A DNA stretch of 30,765 nucleotides from a virus (taxonomy: Duplodnaviria > Caudoviricetes). Each line of letters opens with the position of its first letter. The stretch's first letter is position 1. The translations under genes were made by a program, and so were the position numbers. Below are positions 7,236 through 16,584 of the stretch, piece after piece. The notes below the pieces were generated by a model, which was not told where the DNA came from, did no database searches, and worked only from the letters and a program-made list of their open reading frames with translations. The stretch is taken from the IMG/VR virus record IMGVR_UViG_3300032312_000213, positions 1-30,765 of that record, one strand, 5' to 3'.

Positions 7236-7574
7236 ATGTTGAAATTTGAATTGTTCCAGATCGTGTTGTCAAACGAACAAATTGACGAAGTGAATTCTTC
7301 TGAGGGTCAGCGTCCTGCCTTCTACGAAAAGTATTTGAATGTTACTTGGAAACCGACTGCTGATTCTATTATTGCTGCTCGTGACATGTACAAGAAAGTT
7401 GCAGAAATTGACGCAATGAATTTGAATCAAGTTTTTGAAATTGGTAATATTGGACCAGAATCAAGAATCAAACGATTGGACCAAATGCATTCGGTTTCTG
7501 TTGGTGATGTTATTGTGCAAGGTGAGAATGCATTCTTTGTGAACAATCTTGGGTTCACTCGGGTTTCATTCTGA
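7236..7574 (+). CDS. YodL-like domain protein
   Basis: C-terminal HSVSVGDVIV..AFFVNNLGF resembles the YodL-like signature (hSlSVsDVvv..ayyVd.fGF). Confidence 0.55.
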   Translation: MLKFELFQIVLSNEQIDEVNSSEGQRPAFYEKYLNVTWKPTADSIIAARDMYKKVAEIDAMNLNQVFEIGNIGPESRIKRLDQMHSVSVGDVIVQGENAFFVNNLGFTRVSF

Positions 7575-7575
7575 T

Positions 7576-7604
7576 TTGTCTTGCAAGATTGTTTAGTGTA
7601 TAAT
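7576..7604 (+). promoter_or_regulatory. sigma70-type early promoter
   Basis: TTGTCT-17 nt-TATAAT. Confidence 0.75.
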
Positions 7605-7623
7605 AATTGAATTGGAGAATAGT

Positions 7624-7995
7624 ATGAAGATTGTGATTTCTACTCAGGTTTACGAAAACTATGGTGCTCATGATTGGGATGGCACAGGTGAGTGTCCTCA
7701 GTACTGGAAAGCCAAAGGTGGTTCCGAGTACATCATCGAAGATGTACAGCAGTTCATCAAGATGAACGAATTCTTTGGCAAGAAATGCGAGATGGTTGTT
7801 GACTCCATCCGCTCCAAGATTGAGTGCAACAACGAAGGCTATCAAGAAACTATTCTTGGTTGGTCGATCGAAGAAGACGACTACATGTCTTGGTTCGAGA
7901 AGTCACAGTTGGATTATGAAGGTGTGATCAATTGTCCTGAGCCACGACTCACCATTGATGGTGATTTGATCCCTCGTGTTAGGATTGCAGCATGA
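7624..7995 (+). CDS. Conserved hypothetical early phage protein
   Basis: SD ggag at 7614; TQVYENYGAHDWDGTGECPQYWKAKGG. Confidence 0.75.
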   Translation: MKIVISTQVYENYGAHDWDGTGECPQYWKAKGGSEYIIEDVQQFIKMNEFFGKKCEMVVDSIRSKIECNNEGYQETILGWSIEEDDYMSWFEKSQLDYEGVINCPEPRLTIDGDLIPRVRIAA

Positions 7996-8198
7996 TCCTA
8001 GTTAAGGAAACTACGAAGTGGGATTGTGAGCATCGTCAACCCAATCATACATACCTTATGTCAGACAGCAAAAGCAAGATGTATGGTTACTTCAAATGGC
8101 ACAACCCCAAAGAATTTACTATGTTTAAGAATCCGATTCGTATTGATACACGATATCGTACATTCAAAGTGATACAAAAAGGAATAAAAGATTTATGA
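7992..8198 (+). CDS. Hypothetical protein
   Basis: 68 aa ORF, translationally coupled on both sides; ETTKW..PNHTYL. Confidence 0.65.
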   Translation: MILVKETTKWDCEHRQPNHTYLMSDSKSKMYGYFKWHNPKEFTMFKNPIRIDTRYRTFKVIQKGIKDL

Positions 8199-9505
8199 TG
8201 ACTCTTGATGCATTTTTCAATGACTTGGCTGCAAACGCATCACGCAACTACAAGATTCAGAAGTTGGAAGAGAATCGTGACAATGCTGGACTGATGCATG
8301 TTGTTCGGTTAGCACTTGACCCATTCACCAACTTTTACATTCGCAAAATCCCAGCATACACTCGTGATACTGAGAAGTATAACACGATGACTCTTGGTTG
8401 GGCACTTGAACAATTATATTCTTTATCACATCGTGATGTGACTGGTAATGCAGCAATTGAGTTCCTAAGGAATATTCTTTCTGCACTTCAACCAGAAGAC
8501 GCTAAAGTTATTGAACGAATTATTCAGAAAGATTTAAAATGTGGAGTATCAATCTCAACCGCAAACGCAGTGTGGACTGGTTTGGTGAACGATTATCCAG
8601 TAATGTTGTGCAGCCAGTTCGAGCAGAAACTCGTAGACAAGGTAAAATTCCCAGCAATGGTGCAAACAAAGATGGACGGAATGAGATTCAACGCAATCGT
8701 AAGAGATGGTAAGGTTGAATACCGTAGTCGCAATGGTAAAGAAATTCAGTTGCTTGGTAATCTTGATGCAGACTTTATTAAGTTAGCAGGTGAAGTTGAT
8801 TGTGTATTTGATGGTGAATTACTTGTCAGCGATAAAGGTGTTGTGCTTGATCGTCAAACAGGTAATGGTATTCTCAACAAAGCAAACAAGGGTACAATCT
8901 CTGATTTGGAAGCACGCAAGGTTCGTGCAACAATTTGGGATGTGATTCCTTATTTGTATTTTGTTGATGGTGAGTGCCCAGTTCCTTACGGTAAGAGAAT
9001 GGATTCTCTTAATCTATTGATGGATACTCATCAGCCTGAGAAAGTCAGTCTTGTGGATAACTGGGAAGTAGAGAACTACGAAGAAGCAAAGACTCTTTTT
9101 GAAGGATTGCTTGCCGATGGTCAAGAAGGTATCATCCTTAAAGACAAAAATGGTATCTGGGAAAACAAGCGAGCAAAACATCAAATCAAATTCAAAGGTG
9201 AACTAGAATGCGATCTTAAGATTGTTGCAGTTGAAGAAGGACAAGGCAAGGCAGTAGGAATGCTTGGTGCTATCGTTTGTGAATCTTCAGATGGTCTATT
9301 GAAAGTGAATGTTGGTTCTGGTTTTAATGATGAGCATCGAATCAATCTGTGGCATATTAAGCGTGAGTTAATTGGTAGAATTGTAGCAGTTAAGTATAAC
9401 ATGCGTAGTAAAAACAAAGCTGGACAAGAATCTTTATTCTTACCTATCTTTGTTGAGTTGCGTGATGATAAAGATACGGCAGATGAGTTAGGAGATATTA
9501 AATGA
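8195..9505 (+). CDS. gp30: ATP-dependent DNA ligase
   Basis: Motif I KMDGMR, SRNGK, FDGEL, EGIILK, KFK, OB-fold VGSGF and LFLPIF. Confidence 0.95.
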   Translation: MMTLDAFFNDLAANASRNYKIQKLEENRDNAGLMHVVRLALDPFTNFYIRKIPAYTRDTEKYNTMTLGWALEQLYSLSHRDVTGNAAIEFLRNILSALQPEDAKVIERIIQKDLKCGVSISTANAVWTGLVNDYPVMLCSQFEQKLVDKVKFPAMVQTKMDGMRFNAIVRDGKVEYRSRNGKEIQLLGNLDADFIKLAGEVDCVFDGELLVSDKGVVLDRQTGNGILNKANKGTISDLEARKVRATIWDVIPYLYFVDGECPVPYGKRMDSLNLLMDTHQPEKVSLVDNWEVENYEEAKTLFEGLLADGQEGIILKDKNGIWENKRAKHQIKFKGELECDLKIVAVEEGQGKAVGMLGAIVCESSDGLLKVNVGSGFNDEHRINLWHIKRELIGRIVAVKYNMRSKNKAGQESLFLPIFVELRDDKDTADELGDIK

Positions 9506-9729
9506 GTGTATTGGCATTGTTAATTAAACCCAAGACATTGTTTGACCCACATAGTAAGAAACACATTACCGTATATAAGAATTTTTTAAGAAGTAATTCT
9601 TGGGGTGTTAGTGGATGTCCGTTTGTTCTTGAATTCCCATATCTGACAATTCCAGATATGATTAAAGACAAAATGATTCATAAGTTGTTAGGTGTTAAGC
9701 GAGAAGATATAAGGAGTATGTGGGTATGA
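9502..9729 (+). CDS. Hypothetical protein
   Basis: 75 aa ORF with SD aggag; CPFVLEFPYLTIPDMI. Confidence 0.65.
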   Translation: MSVLALLIKPKTLFDPHSKKHITVYKNFLRSNSWGVSGCPFVLEFPYLTIPDMIKDKMIHKLLGVKREDIRSMWV

Positions 9730-10091
9730 AAGTAGCAATCAATCGTTGTTTTGGTGGGTTTGGTATTTCAAATGAAGCATTTGAAAAATTGCTAGACCGA
9801 AAGGGTATTGCATTCGATAAAGTCGAACCAGAAGAAGGTCGTTCTTTTATCGGTGCTACATATTATGAAGCAGGTTATTCTGGTAATGATGATCACTACA
9901 TAAGTGATTATGACATGACGCAGAATCGTGCAGACCCAGATCTGATTGCAGTGATCGAAGAGATGGGTGAAGCAGCAAATAGTTGGGCTGCAGAAATCGC
10001 CATCATTGATATTCCAGATGATGTTAAATGGCACATCCATGAATATGATGGTCTTGAACATATAGCGGAAGACCACAGAACTTGGAGTTGA
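9726..10091 (+). CDS. Conserved hypothetical phage protein
   Basis: KVAINRCFGGFGIS, RADPDLIAVIEE, IHEYDGLEHIAEDHRTW. Confidence 0.75.
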   Translation: MKVAINRCFGGFGISNEAFEKLLDRKGIAFDKVEPEEGRSFIGATYYEAGYSGNDDHYISDYDMTQNRADPDLIAVIEEMGEAANSWAAEIAIIDIPDDVKWHIHEYDGLEHIAEDHRTWS

Positions 10092-10092
10092 C

Positions 10093-10638
10093 ATGGAATA
10101 TGAACAATTCGAAAAGCACATGGCAGAAAAGTTCCCTCGCTATTTTGGCGAGGGTAAACGCTATGGTGGATTCGCAATCGGTGAGGGATGGTATCCTGTT
10201 ATTGAAGCACTTGTAGGACAGATTGATCATTACACACAGTGGCGCAGGAGAATGCGTGCATATGATTTGAGAGAATCTCGTGCAATGAAAAAAGGTCTTG
10301 ATGCTTTGATTCAATTCAAAGCAGGTAAGGATAAAATTCCAACTGATTGGGATATCGAAAGAGCAGAAGATACCATGGAGAATGGTATTAAGATTACACC
10401 AAAAGTTGATTGGATTCAAGTTGAACAAATCAAAGAGAAGTTTGGTGGATTGCGATTTTATTATCAGGGTGGTGATGATCAGATCTCTGGTATGGTAACT
10501 ATGGCTGAGATCTGGGCAGGTCGTACTTGCGAAACTTGTGGCAATAAAGGACAGTCTCGCAGTGGTGGATGGATTCGTACTCTTTGTGATAAACACGAAG
10601 CACTGTATCAAGTGTCTAAAGGAAATTATAATGAGTGA
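10093..10638 (+). CDS. Conserved hypothetical protein with C-terminal Zn-ribbon-like CxxC..C..H
   Basis: QIKEKFGGLRFY, TCETCG..WIRTLCDKH. Confidence 0.75.
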   Translation: MEYEQFEKHMAEKFPRYFGEGKRYGGFAIGEGWYPVIEALVGQIDHYTQWRRRMRAYDLRESRAMKKGLDALIQFKAGKDKIPTDWDIERAEDTMENGIKITPKVDWIQVEQIKEKFGGLRFYYQGGDDQISGMVTMAEIWAGRTCETCGNKGQSRSGGWIRTLCDKHEALYQVSKGNYNE

Positions 10639-10966
10639 TTATAGACCAGATAAATGGGTAGTTGTTAAGATTACCAGTGACAAACATTCACCAATTCACA
10701 AGGTATTTGCCTGTTGGTATGGTGGATGGGCTGGTTCTGATTCATGGAAATTAAACAGTGGTATCACGAAAGCAACTCTTGAAGGAAATGTATATTCCTT
10801 TGAGGGTTCTTCTGGTTCTGTGTATGAATGCCACAAAGACACTTATGGAACAAACATGTATGGCAGTGGTGTCCTTCAAAATATGATTGACACTGCACAA
10901 AAGAATGGAATCACTATTGAGATTCTACCTGAAGAAACTAATTTTTTGGAGATAGATTATGAGTAA
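10631..10966 (+). CDS. Conserved hypothetical phage protein
   Basis: SD aagga; YRPDKWVVVKI, WYGGWAGSDSWKLNSGI, GSSGSVYEC. Confidence 0.75.
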   Translation: MSDYRPDKWVVVKITSDKHSPIHKVFACWYGGWAGSDSWKLNSGITKATLEGNVYSFEGSSGSVYECHKDTYGTNMYGSGVLQNMIDTAQKNGITIEILPEETNFLEIDYE

Positions 10967-11267
10967 TAGCGGAGAAAAAGTTTGGGTGTTGGTTGAGTGT
11001 ATTCAAACCTATCGTATGAGGTATTGTGTTCAAGCACCAGCAACGAATCCAGAGTATGCACTTGATGATGTGACAATGCAAACACCAAAAGAGTTTTCTC
11101 AATTGGCATTACCTGAGTTGATTGTTTCACATCGTGTTGTGCCTGAAGAAGAAGCGATTAAAATCTGCCGAGAAGATAACGAATACATATCTTCATGGGA
11201 TGATTCATTGGTTATTAAAAACATGTTCACCAAAGAAGGTGAAACATATAAAGACGACTGGAAATAA
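10959..11267 (+). CDS. Hypothetical protein
   Basis: 102 aa ORF with SD ggag; YRMRYCV, YALDDVTM, EFSQ. Confidence 0.7.
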   Translation: MSNSGEKVWVLVECIQTYRMRYCVQAPATNPEYALDDVTMQTPKEFSQLALPELIVSHRVVPEEEAIKICREDNEYISSWDDSLVIKNMFTKEGETYKDDWK

Positions 11268-11269
11268 TA

Positions 11270-11839
11270 ATGTTTATTTTTGATGTAGAAACATTGGGTG
11301 TTGAATCAAATGCTGTAGTTCTTTCTGCAGCATTGATTCACTTTGACCCAGATCTACGACCAACTTATCAAGACATGTTAGACAATGCGTGCTTCATTAA
11401 GTTTGCAGCAAAGGAACAGATGGATGTTGGTCGTACTGTTTCAAAATCTACTCTTGCATGGTGGAAAGAACAACATGAGTATACTCGCAAAATATCATTG
11501 GATCCTTCTCGTGACGATGTGACTGTTGAGAATGGTGTCAAACAATTACAAGATTACATGACAAAGTATCCGAATGCAGATAAACAAACAATGTGGGCAC
11601 GAGGTTCGCTCGATCAACTTGTAATTGATTCATTGTGTGTTAAATTTGGCTTGCAAGAGATTACAGGGTATAATATGTGGAGAGATGTCCGAACTGCAGT
11701 CGATATTCTCTATGGTACTAGCAATGGATATGTTGAGGTTGATCACCCTCTGTTCCAACGACACAATGTTATTAAGCACCACCCTGTTCACGACTGCGCA
11801 CTGGACGCAATGCAACTAATGTACGGAAAAGCGACTTAA
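11270..11839 (+). CDS. DEDDh 3'-5' exonuclease (DexA-like)
   Basis: FDVETLG (ExoI), WARGSLD (ExoII), HHPVHDCALD (ExoIII). Confidence 0.8.
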   Translation: MFIFDVETLGVESNAVVLSAALIHFDPDLRPTYQDMLDNACFIKFAAKEQMDVGRTVSKSTLAWWKEQHEYTRKISLDPSRDDVTVENGVKQLQDYMTKYPNADKQTMWARGSLDQLVIDSLCVKFGLQEITGYNMWRDVRTAVDILYGTSNGYVEVDHPLFQRHNVIKHHPVHDCALDAMQLMYGKAT

Positions 11840-14340
11840 TGGAATTTTATACAAGCGTAGCACCCTATGGCGATAAGATGTTCGTCAGAGGTTACGAAAA
11901 TGGCAGACCATATATGCGTAAGGTAGATTTCTACCCTACGCTTTTTGTCACTTCTAAGTCCCCATCAAAGTACACCACATTGGATGGTCAGTATGTTGAT
12001 GAGATTAAACCTGGAACTATAAAAGAAACCAGAGACTTTGTTAAGAAGTATGACGATGTCGCAGGGTTCTCTGTTTACGGAAATACTAATTACGCATATC
12101 AATATATCAGCGATACTTACGATGGTGATGTCAATTGGGATATGGAACAGATTAAAGTTTGTACCATTGACATTGAAACATCAACTGAGTATGGATTCCC
12201 AGATATTCGCAGTGCCAATGAAGAGATTCTCTTAATTACTGTCAAGGATCTTCATTCCAAGAAGGTAGTAACATTTGGTTACTCACCATCAGGCGACAGC
12301 TACACCAACACTCGTAGTGATGTAACCTATCAAGCATACACTTCTGAGATGTCTATGCTTAAAGACTTTATGATTTGGTGGCAACAAAACTATCCTGATG
12401 TCATCACTGGTTGGAATACTGACTTCTTTGATATGCCGTATCTAATTAAACGAATCAGTCGTGAACTTGGTGAGTCGTTTGCCAAGAAGATTAGTCCATG
12501 GGGTTTAATCAATGAACGAAACACTTTCATTAAAGGTAGTGAAGAACTGCACTACGATATCTCTGGTATCTCTCAGCTAGACTATCTTGAACTTTACAAA
12601 AAGTATACATATCAAAAGCAAGAGTCATATCGTCTTGACTACATTGCCGAACAAGAACTCGGTGACAAGAAGAAAGAGAATCCAGGAGATACATTCAAAG
12701 ACTTTTACACTAAACATTGGCAAGACTTTGTTTCTTATAACATTCACGATGTGGAGTTAGTTGATAAACTCGAAGACAAGATGCGTTTGGTTGAACTTCA
12801 TCTGACTATGGCTTACAATGCCAAGATTAATCCAGAGGATGTTTACTCACAGGTTCGTATGTGGGACACTATCATCTATAATCACTTGCGCAAAAGTAAC
12901 ATTGTTATTCCAATGAAGGTTTCTAATGGTGGTAAGTCTGAACAATTTGAAGGTGCGTATGTTAAAGATCCAATCATCGGTCAGCATAAATGGATGGCAT
13001 CCTTTGACTTGAATTCTCTGTATCCTCACTTGATTATGCAGTACAATATCAGTCCAGAAACTCTTACAAGCGAGAAGATTCCTTGCACTGTTGACAAACT
13101 ACTTGCCAAAGAAGTTGATACTTCTTATGCAAAACGCAGAGACTTATCTTTGTCTGCAAATGGTTGGACATACCGTAAAGATGTCAAAGGGTTTATGCCT
13201 GAGTTGATGGAAACGATGTATGCAAATCGTTCTAAATTTAAGAAACAGATGTTGAAGATTCAGCAAGAATACGAACACGACAAGAGCAAGAAGCACTTGT
13301 TGAAAGACATCTCTCGTCTTAATAACTTGCAGATGGCGATGAAGATTGCACTTAACTCTGCTTATGGTGCAATGGGTAATCAATACTTCCGTTACTTTGA
13401 CATTCGTATGGCAGAGGGAATTACACTTTCGGGTCAGTTATCAATCCGTTGGATGGCAGAGAAACTCAATGCCATGCTAAACAAGACACTCAAGACACAA
13501 GACAAAGACTTCGTTGTTGCGATTGATACTGACTCAATTTATTTAACGCTGGAAGACCTAATTGAAAAGGTTGCTGGTGATAAAGACACAGAAGGTAAGA
13601 TCAAGTATATGGATCGTGTCTGTGAAGAAGTTATTCAACCATTCATTGATCAAGGCTATGAAGAACTAGCCGAATACATGAATGCATTTGGTCAGAAGAT
13701 GCAAATGAAACGAGAGGTTCTTGCTGACAAAGCCATCTGGACTGCCAAGAAACGCTATGTTATTAATGTTCATAACTCAGAAGGAGTTCAATTTGCGAAA
13801 CCTAAGATCAAAGTTATGGGTCTTGAGATGGTTAAGTCATCTACACCTGCGGTTATTCGTGATAAACTTAGGGATTCATTGGAAGTTATTCTTCATGGAA
13901 CTGAGAAGGATCTACACAAATATGTGTTGGACTATAAGAAGGAATTCGTCAACTTACCAGTTGAAGAGATAGCATTCCCTCGTTCTTGTAATGGCATCAA
14001 ACAGTATGCTGGTTCTCCTGTTTATATGAAGGGTACTCCGATTCAAGTGCGTGGTGCATTGTTGTTTAATCATCACTGCAAGCGACTGGGTATTAGTAAC
14101 AAGTATCAAGCGATCCGTGATGGAGATAAGTTAAAGTTTGTTTACCTACGAACACCTAATCCGATTCAGGAAGATGTGATTGCATTTACTACTGTGCTAC
14201 CCAAGGAATTGGGATTGCATACATATATTGACTACGATAAAATGTATGAGAAGGTATTCACTGACGCACTTCAGATTGTTATCGAATCACTAGGATGGAA
14301 GACGGCAGAAGAAACTTCACTGGAGGATTTCTTTGGATAA
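11839..14340 (+). CDS. gp43: Family B DNA polymerase
   Basis: DIET exonuclease motif, GWNTDFFD, SFDLNSLYPH, KIALNSAYG, IDTDS, KKRY; C-terminal SLEDFFG. Confidence 0.97.
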   Translation: MEFYTSVAPYGDKMFVRGYENGRPYMRKVDFYPTLFVTSKSPSKYTTLDGQYVDEIKPGTIKETRDFVKKYDDVAGFSVYGNTNYAYQYISDTYDGDVNWDMEQIKVCTIDIETSTEYGFPDIRSANEEILLITVKDLHSKKVVTFGYSPSGDSYTNTRSDVTYQAYTSEMSMLKDFMIWWQQNYPDVITGWNTDFFDMPYLIKRISRELGESFAKKISPWGLINERNTFIKGSEELHYDISGISQLDYLELYKKYTYQKQESYRLDYIAEQELGDKKKENPGDTFKDFYTKHWQDFVSYNIHDVELVDKLEDKMRLVELHLTMAYNAKINPEDVYSQVRMWDTIIYNHLRKSNIVIPMKVSNGGKSEQFEGAYVKDPIIGQHKWMASFDLNSLYPHLIMQYNISPETLTSEKIPCTVDKLLAKEVDTSYAKRRDLSLSANGWTYRKDVKGFMPELMETMYANRSKFKKQMLKIQQEYEHDKSKKHLLKDISRLNNLQMAMKIALNSAYGAMGNQYFRYFDIRMAEGITLSGQLSIRWMAEKLNAMLNKTLKTQDKDFVVAIDTDSIYLTLEDLIEKVAGDKDTEGKIKYMDRVCEEVIQPFIDQGYEELAEYMNAFGQKMQMKREVLADKAIWTAKKRYVINVHNSEGVQFAKPKIKVMGLEMVKSSTPAVIRDKLRDSLEVILHGTEKDLHKYVLDYKKEFVNLPVEEIAFPRSCNGIKQYAGSPVYMKGTPIQVRGALLFNHHCKRLGISNKYQAIRDGDKLKFVYLRTPNPIQEDVIAFTTVLPKELGLHTYIDYDKMYEKVFTDALQIVIESLGWKTAEETSLEDFFG

Positions 14341-14890
14341 TATTAGAGTTATTGAAACAGGTATTGATGTTTCTAAGATCTTAGAACAACTGCAACAATT
14401 CCCAGAAGATTGGGGTGCGCAAAAAAGTCTTAAGGATGTTGGAGATTTAGTTGAGGATAAAACCTACGGATTTCCAAAAATGGAAGCAGGTGTTCTGCAA
14501 ATGATTATGGGTGGAATAGAGAAGCATGGAGATTATGTTGGGGATACTGAGATATGTGTCCCCACTCCTGCATTCTTTCATCACACAGAAGTTATAAATG
14601 TATTAAAGAAGTATGTTAAGTCCATTAGCCGATGTGGATTCTTATCTTTGCCAGTGGGTGGACAAGTAGGAAAACATATTGATATAGGAACATATTATTT
14701 AACTAGAGACAGGTATCATCTTTCGATACAAGGGATATATGACTACACAGTTGGTGAAGAAACTGTAAGAGTCGAACCTGGAACTTTATTGTGGTTCAAT
14801 AACAAACTACCCCATGCAGCAAAGAATGCGGGAGATTGCGTTAGAATTACATTTGTGTTTGATGTTAAACATAACCCAAGTAATCCATAG
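14333..14890 (+). CDS. Asp/Asn beta-hydroxylase-like 2OG-Fe(II) dioxygenase
   Basis: HID..RYHL..WFNNKLPH..N..RITFVFD cupin motifs; TTG start. Confidence 0.75.
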   Translation: MDNIRVIETGIDVSKILEQLQQFPEDWGAQKSLKDVGDLVEDKTYGFPKMEAGVLQMIMGGIEKHGDYVGDTEICVPTPAFFHHTEVINVLKKYVKSISRCGFLSLPVGGQVGKHIDIGTYYLTRDRYHLSIQGIYDYTVGEETVRVEPGTLLWFNNKLPHAAKNAGDCVRITFVFDVKHNPSNP

Positions 14891-14919
14891 TTGTCTTGCA
14901 AAAACAAATGATGTATAAT
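14891..14919 (+). promoter_or_regulatory. sigma70-type promoter
   Basis: TTGTCT-17 nt-TATAAT; SD ggagg follows. Confidence 0.75.
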
Positions 14920-14941
14920 AGAAAAATGTTGGAGGATATAA

Positions 14942-15190
14942 ATGAAAGTATTGAAATTTTACGCTGAGTGGTGCGTACCATGCAAATCACTTAGTAAGAT
15001 TATTGAGCAGCATTACACTGGTGACATTCCGATTGAGAATATCGATATTGACCAGAAAAATGACATGGCTATAAAATATAACATCCGTAGCGTACCTGTT
15101 TGCGTTTTAGTGGATGCTGATGGTAAAGAAATTCGTCGTCAAGCAGGTATGATGATGATTGATAAATTTGAAGAATTTTTGAAAGGCTAA
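14942..15190 (+). CDS. Thioredoxin
   Basis: FYAEWCVPCK; cis-Pro loop IRSVP. Confidence 0.88.
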   Translation: MKVLKFYAEWCVPCKSLSKIIEQHYTGDIPIENIDIDQKNDMAIKYNIRSVPVCVLVDADGKEIRRQAGMMMIDKFEEFLKG

Positions 15191-15191
15191 T

Positions 15192-16265
15192 ATGAGCATT
15201 CTAGAAAAACTACGCAAGAACTCTACGATCAAGGATACATCTATTCTTGCTACATCAAAGTTCTTTCAAAAGAAGGATATGATTCCTACGACTATTCCTG
15301 TCATTAATGTGGCATTGTCTGGTCGTCTTGATGGTGGTCTTACTCCTGGACTTACAATGTGGGCTGGTCCAAGTAAGCATTTTAAAACTGCCTTTAGTTT
15401 AATTATGGCAAAATCTTATTTGGACAAATATGAAGATGGTGTTGTATTATTTTATGATTCAGAGTTTGGCACTCCTCAGTCTTACTTTGATTCTTTCGGT
15501 ATCGACACAAAAAGAGTTATTCATACTCCCATTACTGATGTTGAGCAATTAAAGTTTGACATCATGCAGCAAATGAATCAAATCGAACGAGGTGAGCATG
15601 TAATCATCGTTGTTGATTCAATTGGTAATCTGGCTTCTAAGAAAGAAGTTGAAGATGCCATGGATGGTAAATCTGTGGCTGACATGAGTCGTGCAAAGCA
15701 GATGAAGTCGCTGTGGCGTATGGTTACACCACATTTGACCATGAAAGACATTCCATGCGTTGTAGTGAATCATACATATAAAGAGATTGGATTATATCCA
15801 AAGGATATCGTTGGTGGTGGTACTGGTTCTTACTACTCTGCAGATAATATCTTTATTCTTGGTCGTCAGCAAGAGAAAGATGGAACCGAAGTTGTTGGTT
15901 ACAACTTTATTATTAATGTGGAAAAATCTCGTTATGTTAAAGAAAAATCTAAGATCCCTGTTAGCGTATCTTTTGATGGTGGCATTAGCAAGTGGTCTGG
16001 CTTATTGGATATCGCACTCGAAAGTGGGCATGTCATCAAACCAAGCAATGGTTGGTATGCAAAAGTAGATAAAGAAACAGGTGTTGTTGAAGATAAGAAA
16101 TATCGTATCAAAGATACAGACACTAAGGATTTCTGGATGCCAATTCTAATGACTAAGTCATTTAATGATTTTGTGAAAGCCAGATACTCAATCGGTACTA
16201 GCGATATGATGAAAGGCGACGACCTTGACAAAGCATTAGAAGAATTGGAATTCGAAGATGAGTAA
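15192..16265 (+). CDS. uvsX: RecA-like recombinase UvsX
   Basis: AGPSKHFKT, FYDSEFG, DSIGNLASKKE, DMSRAK, VNHTY, GGGTG. Confidence 0.95.
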   Translation: MSILEKLRKNSTIKDTSILATSKFFQKKDMIPTTIPVINVALSGRLDGGLTPGLTMWAGPSKHFKTAFSLIMAKSYLDKYEDGVVLFYDSEFGTPQSYFDSFGIDTKRVIHTPITDVEQLKFDIMQQMNQIERGEHVIIVVDSIGNLASKKEVEDAMDGKSVADMSRAKQMKSLWRMVTPHLTMKDIPCVVVNHTYKEIGLYPKDIVGGGTGSYYSADNIFILGRQQEKDGTEVVGYNFIINVEKSRYVKEKSKIPVSVSFDGGISKWSGLLDIALESGHVIKPSNGWYAKVDKETGVVEDKKYRIKDTDTKDFWMPILMTKSFNDFVKARYSIGTSDMMKGDDLDKALEELEFEDE

Positions 16266-16584
16266 ACCTTATACTGTTGTCCAATCCAAATACAGTGGGC
16301 TGGATGCTATAAAGTTGACAGAACAACCATTTGAGGGTATAATCTACTCTTATGGTAAGATTGAATTTGAAGAGAATGAAGAGAATGACTCTTTGCATAT
16401 CAAGTTCGATTATGAGATACTGGAAAATGGTGGCAAGGGTATGACAGATAAAAAGCCATTCGAACAATACATTGGTAACATTCTTCAAGAATTGCTCCAT
16501 GAAGGTATCCGAGAAAATAATTTAGTTTACACAGGCGGAATTGATGAGAATAGAACAAAAGATTCTGACGAATCTAATTTATGA
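16258..16584 (+). CDS. Hypothetical protein at the gp40 position
   Basis: 108 aa ORF between uvsX and 41; similarity to gp40 is positional only. Confidence 0.65.
   Translation: MSKPYTVVQSKYSGLDAIKLTEQPFEGIIYSYGKIEFEENEENDSLHIKFDYEILENGGKGMTDKKPFEQYIGNILQELLHEGIRENNLVYTGGIDENRTKDSDESNL

Noticed and set aside
16258-16584. Assignment as gp40
   Set aside because: Only the position supports it; I cannot recognise sequence similarity
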